Shown here one piece after another: positions 23,501 to 33,376 of a DNA stretch of 64,000 nucleotides. The position numbers were made by a program, and so were the translations under genes. Each line of letters begins with the position of its first letter. The first letter of the stretch is position 1. Origin of the DNA: Macrostomum lignano (lineage: Eukaryota); the NCBI GenBank assembly GCA_002269645.1, contig NIVC01000778.1, forward strand, positions 310,001-374,000, read 5' to 3'. The notes under the pieces are model-generated. The model was given only the letters and a program-made list of their open reading frames with translations. It searched no databases and was not told the DNA's origin.

Positions 23501-25742
23501 TAATCTCACCAGAATCTAATCTCACCTGAATCAAATCTCACCAGAATCTAATCTCACCAGAATCTAATCTCACCAGAATCGAATCTCACCTGAATCTAAT
23601 CTCAGCAGAATCTAATCTCACCAGAATCTAATCTCAACAGAATCTAATCTGACCTGAATCGAATCTGACCTGAATCTAATCTCACCAGAATCTAATCTCA
23701 CCAGAATCTAATCTCGCCTGAATCTAATCCCACCTAAATCTAATCTCGCCTGAATCTAATCTCACTGAATTTAGCTTGGTCCAACTCTTAATAATTTCTG
23801 TCAAGAGCCGGGTCAATATTAATAAATCGATCTCAAGTCCCCAATAACTTTGCACCAACCAATATTTCCTTAGTTCAAGTTCAGTTCAGCATTTCCTCAC
23901 CTACTACGGAGAGCACCAGGAACATGAGGTTCAGGCCGAGGAAGGACAAGTTGAGCAGCAAAATGCGCACTTTGGACAGAGGCGGGCCGGCGCCTCCACT
24001 GCTGCCGCCGCTACCATCGCCAACAATGAGATCTCGGTCGCCATCCGTCTCGGGCGGGTTGCTGGGAGGCATCAATGTTAAGTTTTAGCTTGATAATTTT
24101 CTATAATGAGTTCCCAAAGTAAAACTGGCACAGAGATCGCAGAAACCGATTCGTCATGCAATCGAAGCAGTTCAAAATGCTGTGAAAAATAGCAACGCAT
24201 CTTGCGTCCCGCCACCGCTGCAAGAGTTTTAAGAATGGAGGCGCAAACTGCAAGATATACCTGGCTTCCTCTGTGTACTTTCCGGCTGGTGGGACTGTCT
24301 TGTCGTTTAGCTGGTGGGTCTCACCTCTGGAAGCGGGGCGTTTGGCTCTGAGTGCTGAGGCTGGGCAGCGCAAGCCTGGCTGTGTGTAGCTACTGGTGTC
24401 TGCGGTTGTGTCTGCTGGTATCTACGGTTGTGTCTGCTGGTGTCTGCGGTTGTGTCTGCTGGTATCTACGGTTGTGTCTGCTGGTATCTGCGATTGTGTC
24501 TGCTGGTATCTGCAGTTGTGTCTGCTGGTATCTGCGGTTGTGTTTGCTGGTATCTACGGTTGTGTCTGCTGGTGTCTGCGGTTGTGTCTGCTGGTATCTA
24601 CGGTTGTGTCTGCTGGTATCTGCGATTGTGTCTGCTGGTATCTGCGGTTGTGTCTGCTGGTATCTGCGGTTGTGTTTGCTGGTATCTACGGTTGTGTCTG
24701 CTGGTGTCTGCGGTTGTGTCTGCTGGTGTCTGCGATTGTGTCTGCTGGTGTCTGCGGTTGTTTCTGTTGGTATCTGTGGTTTTGTCTGCTGGTATCTGCG
24801 GTTGTGTCTGCTGGTATTTACGGTTGTGTCTGCTGGTGTCTGCGGTTGTGTCTGCTGGTATCTGCAGTTGTGTCTGCTGGTGTCTGCGGTTGTGTCTGCT
24901 GGTGTCTGCGATTGTGTCTGCGATTGTGTCTGCTAGTGTCTGCGGTTGTGTCTGCTGGTATCTGCGGTTGTGTCTGCTGGTATCTGCGATTGTGTCTGCT
25001 GATATCTGTGATTGTGTCTGCTGGCGTCTGCGGTTGTGTCTGCTGGTATCTACGGTTGTGTCTACTGGTGTCTGCGGTTGTTTCTGTTGGTATCTACGGT
25101 TGTGTCTGCTGGTGTCTGCGGTTGTGTCTGCTGGTATCTACGGTTGTGTCTGCTGGTGTCTGCGGTTGTGTCTGCTGGTATCTACGGTTGTGTCTGCTGC
25201 TGTCTGCGGTTGTGTCTGCTGGTATCTACGGTTGTGTCTGCTGGTGTCTGCGTTTGTGTCTGCTAGTATCTGCGGTTGTGTCTCCTGGTATCTGCAGTTG
25301 TGTCTGCTGGTATCTGCAGTTGTGTCTCCTGGTATCTGCAGTTGTGTCTCCTGGTATCTGCGGTTGTGTCTCCTGGTATCTGCAGTTGTGTCTGCTGGTA
25401 TCTGCAGTTGTGTCTCCTGGTATCTGCAGTTGTGTCTCCTGGTATCTGCGGTTGTGTCTCCTGGTATCTGCAGTTGTGTCTGCTGGTATCTGCAGTTGTG
25501 TCTGCTGGTATCTGCGGTTGTGTCTTCTGGTATATGCGGTTGTGTCTGCTGTCTGCCATCATGTCTACTGGTAACTGCATGTGTTGGACACTTGCTGTAT
25601 CTACGAAAGTGATCAAATGTCTATTTTGATATTGCTTGCCGTTGGGCCTGAGCTATATCTAGAATTCCATTTCAATCATAACTCTGTAAGCGAATTAGCA
25701 AGATTCTGAAATGCTAGCAGTGCAGATCGGTACTTACTCCAT
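17590..25742 (-). CDS. MFS transporter (SLC45/GPH-like), 14 exons, about 518 aa
   Basis: Exons (-): 25742-25738, 24061-23901, 23306-23120, 21937-21893, 21707-21653, 21238-21073, 20966-20865, 20746-20670, 20147-20033, 19953-19912, 19812-19746, 19670-19563, 19023-18768, 17760-17590. GT-AG introns, compatible phases, 1557 nt. It has MFS motif A twice (GMQSDRLVSKFGRRRP, GLLSDKIGRRKP), YNALIADKAHPSQRG, DFRWVFITRFLMQQG and VDFALLMDVLP. An alternative start at the ATG at 24072 is possible. Confidence 0.88.
17780..18500. repeat. Three abutting repeats in MFS intron 13: 22-23 bp (GGGATTTGAGATGGGATGCAAAT), 9 bp (GGGAATGTT) and 21 bp (GGGATTCAGGATGGGATGCTT)
   Basis: Visible arrays. Confidence 0.9.
19065..19495. 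repeat. 27-28-bp minisatellite containing CTGATTGGCT in MFS intron 12
   Basis: About 16 copies of CTGAGCTGATTGGCTGGGACACTGAAC(T). Confidence 0.95.
20178..20596. repeat. 37-bp minisatellite in MFS intron 8
   Basis: 11 copies of GTGAGTCAGCTGACTGTGCTGCTCACTGTGCTCAATA. Confidence 0.95.
21255..21605. repeat. GGGTTTGAGCTG-based composite repeat in MFS intron 5
   Basis: Visible array. Confidence 0.9.
22405..23080. repeat. 16-bp minisatellite (ACTCCATAGACACYGC) in MFS intron 3
   Basis: Visible array. Confidence 0.95.
23420..23770. repeat. 16-bp repeat (GAATCTAATCTCACCA/T) in MFS intron 2
   Basis: Visible array. Confidence 0.9.
24385..25570. repeat. 22-bp minisatellite (CTGCTGGTATCTGCGGTTGTGT) in MFS intron 1
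   Basis: Visible array; source of the 392- and 394-aa spurious ORFs. Confidence 0.95.
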
Positions 25743-26267
25743 GGTGCTTCAGTGCTCAGCAGCAGGTAACTACAATATGCAGCTGATGCAGACTGCTATA
25801 AGCAGATCCACACCAGTTGTTAGAAATCTGAAGTCCCCCACAGGTCACCTGCGGCGGCTGCCTGTTAGCATTGAAACTTTTGGCTTAGAGTATATATAAT
25901 ATAGTAGACTATTAGTACATTATAATAGGCTCACACCTCGCCCAGTGCCGCCAATGCTTCAATATATAAATAAAACTGCTAGATATTTGTAGTGCGGCTA
26001 AATTCTCAAGTGTTACTCTTGATATGGAATGAGCGAGGAGCAGAGACAGATATGCGCTCAACAGGGCTGGGGAATGTGAAGGAGGGGTGGGTTGCCGTTC
26101 GATTCGAATAAAATCAATAAGAGCCATACATACACACACAAGCGTATAGAGATCTCTCTCGAACCCATGCTCTGGGCTGGCGCGCGCACCACGAAGACTC
26201 AAACGCAAGCCAGATGGTGTAGCAAAAGAAGAAAAAAGCTAGTTTTGCTGCGAGTCGGGCGGCGACA

Positions 26268-29200
26268 ATGGGAGCGCCCTGTGTGTGGGAGCGCTCCCGT
26301 ATGGAAGGCGTGCACTTGAAGAATGCCAGCTATGCTGCGAGTAAGAATTTGCAACAACTTTATTGCTATAGCTGTGAGACCTAATAGCAACTAGCTTCAT
26401 GGATATCGCCTGATCTGAGACCCGGTTCCTCTTTTAATCTAGTTAGCTGTGGAAAATTTGTTTTCATTCCACTCACTCGTGCCAACTGCTAAGCGGGGGC
26501 GTTGGTTCGCTCGCTTGCTTTTTTTTGCAGCGTCTTCGCATTTTAGTAGGTACAAGATAATTAATCGCTTTTTGAGATTGAAGGCCGTTATTTTAACGAT
26601 AGACTTTGGTAGTTTAAAATTTTTCTTTATAAAAATGTGTCGGCAAGCAAGAGAAAAAACTTTATTTAAACACTTTTTAAGCAAATAAACCTCACGTAGG
26701 CTTGTCAGTAGGGAAATCCCCTGCGGGAAATGGGGAATCCATTTGTCGGTGGGGGAATGCCCTGTGGGAAAGGGAAATCCGGGTTAGGGTTAGGGTTAGG
26801 GTTACTTGTCAGTGGGGAAATCCCCTGCGGGAAATGGGGAATCCATTTGTCGGTGGGGGAATGCCCTGTGGGAAAGGGAAATCCGGGTTAGGGTTAGGGT
26901 TAGGGTTACTTGTCAGTGGGGAAATCCCCTGCGGGAAATGGGAAATCCATTTGTCGGTGGGGAATGCCCTGTGGGAAAGGGAAATCCGGGTTAGGGTTAG
27001 GGTTAGGGTTACTTGTCAGTGGGGAAATCCCCTGCGGGAAATGGGGAATCCATTTGTCGGTGGGGGAATGCCCTGTGGGAAAGGGAAATCCGGGTTAGGG
27101 TTAGGGTTAGGGTTACTTGTCAGTGGGGAAATCCCCTGCGGGAAATGGGAAATCCATTTGTCGGTGGGGGAATGCCCTGTGGGAAAGGGAAATCCGGGTT
27201 AGGGTTAGGGTTAGGGTTACTTGTCAGTGGGGAAATCCCCTGCGGGAAATGGGGAATCCATTTGTCGGTGGGGGAATGCCCTGTGGGAAAGGGAAATCCG
27301 GTTTAGGGTTAGGGTTAGGGTTACTTGTCAGTGGGGAAATCCCCTGCGGGAAATGGGGAATCCATTTGTCGGTGGGGGAATGCCCTGTGGGAAAGGGAAA
27401 TCCGGGTTAGGGTTAGGGTTAGGGTTACTTGTCAGTGGGGAAATCCCCTGCGGGAAATGGGAAATCCATTTGTCGGTGGGGAATGCCCTGTGGGAAAGGG
27501 AAATCCGGTTTAGGGTTAGGGTTAGGGTTACTTGTCAGTGGGGAAATCCCCTGCGGGAAATGGGGAATCCATTTGTCGGTGGGGGAATGCCCTGTGGGAA
27601 AGGGAAATCCGGGTTAGGGTTAGGGTTAGGGTTACTTGTCAGTGGGGAAATCCCCTGCGGGAAATGGGAAATCCATTTGTCGGTGGGGGAATGCCCTGTG
27701 GGAAAGGGAAATCCGGGTTAGGGTTAGGGTTAGGGTTACTTGTCAGTGGGGAAATCCCCTGCGGGAAATGGGGAATCCATTTGTCGGTGGGGGAATGCCC
27801 TGTAGGAAAGGGAAATCCACTTGTCGGTGGGGAATCCCCTGCGAGAAAGGGGAATCCACTTGTCGGTGGGGAAACCCCTGCGGGAAAAGCTTATCGGTGG
27901 GGGAGTCCTACATTAGGGGCTTTATCGGTTGGGGGTGGGGGTTTTAATGCTAGTGACTGAGAAATCTCGAAGATTTATTTTGTTCTTGCAATTGACAGTC
28001 CTCGGAGAGCTCAGCAATTTTTCCAGTCAACATTTTGAATTTTCAGGCTGATTGACCAATGAAGAACACCCGGATTTTTATGAACTTATGAAGAAATTAA
28101 ACTTGGTGAAAGAAGTAAAGATAGTATCATGCTTTTAAAAACAAAATACATGAGATTAAGTTTTTAACTAATTTCTGTTTTAATCAGTCTATACTATTAA
28201 TTAAGTATGTTTTTATTTCGCTTATATAGAAAGAACTTTCAAGTTCTTCGAAAAGTCTTGCTTTTTGATTATGCGTAATTTCGAGCTTGAGAAACTCATC
28301 CTGCGGTTGGCTTCATTTAAACAAATTTTATTTTATACTATCCTTTTTAGAAATTAAGGAATTCATTGCCATTGCTTCGAACAGGGACTACTCAAACACC
28401 GGGACGGGAAACTAGAATTTTTTTACGAGGCTGGTCTTCTATCAGCAGTAGGAAATAACCATAGACAACAAAGTAACACAGCATCTCTCTAATGAAAATA
28501 ATTGCCAGCCAGCCTCGTAAAAAATTCCAGCCTCCCGTCCCGGTGTTTGAGTAGTCCCTGGCTTCAAAATGCACTTTTTTTTAAACAAATTTTTATTGCC
28601 TTGAGTTTGTTACTATAAACTTACTATAGAATTGAATTAGTTACTTATGAAGAGCTCATAGCAGACTCACTTAAACGTCAGCGTACAGGTGTCCTCGCCC
28701 AGCTCAGTGCCGAGCAGTTCAGCCCGACGATAGTAAGTGTTCTCAAAGCTGCGCCTGTACTCGCCAGTCATGACCGCTTGGGCTGCTCTGGGCAATTTCA
28801 TTAAAATAATAAAAATAGAAAATTATCAAATATATGAATATCCTCTTTTGGCAACGCGCACAGTTCCTGCTATATATTTATTACTGTAATAATTTAAGGA
28901 ATAGAGCTTTTCTGCGCAAATAATAACAATCACAGTTCCTGCTGAAAGCTGACTGTAAACTTTCGTGCGTACTGGGTTCAGACAAGTTTATCTTAAAGCT
29001 GGATCGAACTTCAACTTCAAGCTTCAAGTATTTTAATGCTGTAGTTCCAAAGTGTACAATTTGCAGATAGAAAATAGACTTAATTTAAGATTCCAATCAG
29101 CCCATACCTAGTGAAATTACTGAATTATAAACAGCTGATAAACCTTGGCCATAAAATTACGAGCTATTAGACCAAATTTCAACACACCCGCACACGGAAG

Positions 29201-31535
29201 GCAATGTACATATTTTTAATGGACGCAACTGCCCGATTTACGTTGCGCGTACATTCAAAAGCACTTAATCGAAGTGCATTTTTCTCAGCGAGTGAGTGCA
29301 AAGTGTTATACGTAAGGCTTTGCTGATTGGTTGTACGTGATTGTACGGAAAGGTTGGGCCATGCCATTTTCTACAGAGCACTCTGGTACTCATGTACTTC
29401 AGTTCAGCTCGAACTTTAACTGCACTTCTGTGCGCACCGAGTTCACTCGAATTGACAGCGATGTACAGATAGCGGAAAGTTCGTTCGATTCGCATGCCCT
29501 TCAGGTGCTTCAGTACCCTCGGTTCCTTCAGTATCCTCAGGTTCTTCAGTACCTCGGTTCCTTCAGTATCCTCAGGTTCTTCAGTACCTCGGTTCCTTCA
29601 GTATCCTCAGGTTCTTCAATACCTCGGTTCCTTCAGTATCCTCAGGTTCTTCAGTACCTCGGTTCCTTCAGTATCCTCAGGTTCTTCAGTACCTCGGTTC
29701 CTTCAGTATCCTCAGGTTCTTCAGTACCTCGGTTCCTTCAGTATCCTCAGGTTCTTCAGTACCTCGGTTCCTTCAGTACCCTCAGGTCCTTCAGTACCTC
29801 GGTTCCTTCAGTATCCTCAGGTTCTTCAGTACCTCGGTTCCTTCAGTATCCTCAGGTTCTTCAATACCCCCAGTTCCTTCAGTACCCTCAGTTCCTTCAA
29901 TACCCTCAGTTCCTTCAGTATCCTCAGGTTCTTCAGTCCCTCAGTTCCTTCAGTATCCTCAGGTCCTTCAGTACCCTCAGGTCTTTCAGTACCCTCAGTT
30001 CATTCAGTACCCTCAGTTCCTTCAGTATCCTCAGGTCATTCAGTACCCTTAGGTCCTTCAGTACCCTCAGGTCCTTCATTATCCTCAGGTCCTTCAGTAT
30101 CCTCAGGTCCTTCAGTACTCTTGGGTCCTTCAGTATCTTCATGTCCTTCAGTACCCTCAGGTCCTGGTACCCTCAGTCTCTAACAGTATCGTCAGGTCCT
30201 TCAGTACCCTCAGGTCCTGGTACCCTCAGTCTCTAACAGTATCGTCAGGTCCTTCATTACCCTCAGGTCCTTCAGTACTCTTGGGTCCTTCAGTATCTTC
30301 ATGTCCTTCAGTACCCTCAGGTCCTGGTACCCTCAGTCTCTAACAGTATCGTCAGGTCCTTCAGTACCCTCAGGTCCTGGTACCCTCAGTCTTTAACAGT
30401 ATCGTCAGGTCCTTCAGTACCCTCAAGTCCTGGTACCTTCAGTCTCTAACAGTATCGTCAGGTCCTTCAGTACCTTCAGTTCCTTTAGTACCCTCAGGTC
30501 CTGGTACCTTCAGTCTCTAACAGTATCGTCAGGTCCTTCAGTACCTTCAGTTCCTTCAGTACCCTCAGGTCCTTCAGTACCCTCAGGTCCTTCAGTACCC
30601 TCAGGTTCTTCATTACCCTCAGGTCCTTCAGTACCCTCAGGTCCTTCAGTACCCTTAGGTCCTTCAGTACCCTCTGGTCCTTCAGTACCTTCAGTTCCTT
30701 CAGTACCCTCAGGTCCTTCAGTACCCTCAGGTCCTTCATTACCCTCAGGTCCTTCATTACCCTCAGGTCCTTTAGTACCCTCAGCTCCTTCAGTACCCTC
30801 AGGTCCTTCAGTACCCTCAGGTCCTTCAGTATCTTCATGTCCTTCAGTACCCTCAGGTCCTGGTACCCTCAGGCTCTAACAGTATCGTCAGGTCCTTCAG
30901 TACCCTCAGGTCCTTCAGTACCCTCAGGTTCTTCATTACCCTCAGGTCCTTCAGTACCCTCAGGTCCTTCAGTACCCTTAGGTCCTTCAGTACCCTCTGG
31001 TCCTTCAGTACCCTCAGGTCCTTCATTACCCTCAGGTCCTTCATTACCCTCAGGTCCTTCAGTACCCTCAGGTCCTTCAGTACCCTCAGATCCTTCAGTA
31101 CCCTCAGGTCCTTCAGTACCCTCAGGTCCTTCAGTACCCTCAGGTCCTTCAGTACCCTCAGGTCCTTCAGTACCCTCAGGTCCTTCAGTATCTTCATGTC
31201 CTTCAGTACCCTCAGGTCCTGGTACCCTCAGTCTCTAACAGTATCGTCATGTCCTTCAGTACCCTCAGGTCCTGGTACCCTCAGTCTCTAACAGTATCGT
31301 CATGTCCTTCAGTACCCTCAGGTCCTGGTACCCTCAGTCTCTAACAGTATCGTCAGGTCCTTCAGTACCCTCAGGTCCTGGTACCCTCAGTCTCTAACAG
31401 TATCGTCAGGTCCTTCAGTACCCTCAGGTCCTGGTACCCTCAGGCTCTAAAGTGATTGCGCATAACCCCCACCAGATCCTTCGGCGGTTCCGCTATATGT
31501 ATAATATTCCTTTCAGAGTCTGCAACTACCAGTAG
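26268..31535 (+). CDS. Candidate uncharacterised spliced gene divergent from the MFS gene (model incomplete)
   Basis: Putative exons: 26268-26340 (acaATGG; donor GTAAGA), 27999-28114 (contains in-frame TGA; donor GTAAAG), 28682-28732 (donor GTAAGT), about 28937-?, 29375-29504, and 31476-31535 ([19 protein letters not shown]), followed by ATTAAA near 31600. No recognisable homology; the middle splicing is unresolved. Confidence 0.3.
26698..27890. repeat. 104-bp satellite with (GGGTTA)4 in each unit, 10 full units, 5-unit higher-order repeat
   Basis: Units start near 26701, 26805, 26909, 27012, 27116, 27220, 27324, 27428, 27531 and 27635; the variant pattern repeats every 519 bp. Confidence 0.95.
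28382..28560. mobile_element. hAT-type MITE, 179 bp
   Basis: About 50-bp TIRs beginning CAGGGACTACTCAAACACCGGGACGGGA; 8-bp flanks GCTTCGAA/GCTTCAAA. Confidence 0.85.
29500..31450. repeat. About 2-kb minisatellite based on the 18-mer CTTCAGTACCCTCAGGTC, with 35- and 53-bp derived units
   Basis: Visible array. Confidence 0.95.
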
Positions 31536-33061
31536 CTAATACGAGTCTTTAAAATGAGAATCGAAAAAAACTATAAAAATACCTGTGAAAACAATCTTTA
31601 TTAAATAGAAAAACCTGCAGAAGAATGACTTACATTTTAACCGGCTCGGAATTTCAGTGAGCGCCTGCCAGTCAAATAAGAGTTGATGTGGTTAATCAAG
31701 TATCTGCTCTCTACGATGTTGAGCATATAGATGAGTATATGGTGTATAGGTCTTGAAAGCTATTCCAGTGTCTGCTGGTCTGGCCTATATATATTATGAT
31801 CGTATTCAGTTTCCGTCTTGGTTGATTTCCCAAGCCTTCTCTCCTCTCTCCCGCTCCTAGCAGCCGCGCTGATCGCCCTGACAGACTAAAAAGTTTCTCT
31901 CGCGGGCTGCGTACAACACGCAAGTGAGAAGGGAGGCGGAGGATTACTGGACTGGGAACTGGGCGACGATGGAGGAGGGACGCTGGGTGGGAGTGGGGGT
32001 TGGATAGGAAGGGTTAAGAGGAACAGTGAATGGGAAAATTCTCCCAAGAATAAGGACTGAGAGCGCAGTTAAGGAGGCTGGCTGAGTACAGTTCCTGCGT
32101 CCCCCCGGACATAGGTTTCCATCCCTACGTGTTTTTCTCTCTTCCCTCTGCGGAGACTGCGGGAAGGGCGGAACGGCTGGGGATGCTGAGTAGTGGGATT
32201 TGCCGGGCTAGGGGGAAGGTAGAGCTGGCGGGCTCTTGTCCCCCCTCCTCCTGTATCCTAGCAGCCATGGTGTATTTGGGAGCCAAAGCATGGAGTTGGG
32301 ATTATAGCTGGAGCTGCTGCGCGGCGCACGCAAGGAACACAGTAAGGAATGGGAAATAGCAGCTTTCAATGAAAGCCCTCAAGCTGTGGGATTAAAGTCC
32401 AAGAAAGCTATATAAGGTCTTGTCCACCGATCCAACTATAAAGCGCTCAACTCCCTTCATCAGAACACGCGGATTCTTACAGTATTGAGCACGATGAAAG
32501 CACAGCGATTATAGACCTATTCCTCCTGCCAGTGCGGTCTGGGCTACTGCCCTGGGCCTACTATAACAAGGATATAAATATTTCAGCTCTGTGGGCGAAC
32601 AAGAGAGAGTCTGTTTTGGCGTTTACTACGCAGCTATTAGCTAAAACAGCTCTCTCTTTCTTCGCTGCTTATGTAGCTTTATAGCAATAGAAATTGCACG
32701 AGGTAGGGCCAAACCCAGGTACAGGCAAATTAGGGTCAAAATAGCAAGTGCGGCATAAAGGAATATACAGTATACCCGCAGTGCGAACTGACCAAGCGCA
32801 CCTTCCCCCCTCTATTACGTAGTCCCTGACAGTGGCATTGCACAGCGCAGGTCGTCACGGTTTGTTTACATGTAGCCAGGACTCGCCTTGAATTGCTTCT
32901 ACACTGTATACGAGCCACTTCTGCGCCGTATACGAGCTATGAATATTATAACAGTATTATGCAGAGTCCTCGACACATGCGATGGGGTCTTAGAAGCTGC
33001 AGCTCAGCGTTCCTAGATTCAACTCCATGCTCGGCCACATTTGTTTGGAGCTTGTGATACC

Positions 33062-33337
33062 ATTAATAACAATTGCTTTCACCTGCCCTAATGGCCAGAT
33101 TTGCAACCGACAGCTCTTAGCCGCAGCTATTGTTGCGCAGCGCATCTGAAGGCTGCGTACGGCTGTTCAGTCCAAGGACTGGGCGGTCGCCACACGCCCT
33201 CGATTACCGCAGACACCGATTTTACAGCTGGGTAAACTGTCTTGCTCAAGGATACAAATTGTTCTGAGTGAGTCGAGAGTCGAACCCCTGACCTTTCAGT
33301 CGTGAATCCGAAGCTTTAACCCCTAGGCTACAACCCC
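33062..33337 (-). mobile_element. tRNA-derived CORE-like SINE, copy 2
   Basis: Colinear with 12021-12331; flanked by a about 43-bp direct repeat (33012-33054, and 33337-33376 continued at 36262-36264). Confidence 0.8.
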
Positions 33338-33376
33338 CTAGATTCAACTCCATGCTCGGCCACATTAATTTGGAGC

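Noticed and set aside
26780-27735. True telomere or chromosome end
   Set aside because: There are only four hexamers per unit, embedded in a satellite with ordinary sequence on both sides.
28671-28787. Minus-strand exon ([33 protein letters not shown], faintly Tudor-like) with a GTGAGT donor
   Set aside because: Flanking minus-strand exons have weak splice sites and the plus-strand model has stronger ones. It is not excluded; stranded RNA-seq would decide.
31560-31700. SECIS element for the in-frame TGA
   Set aside because: The ATGA...AA...TGA candidate near 31628 pairs poorly and lies beyond the likely ATTAAA signal.
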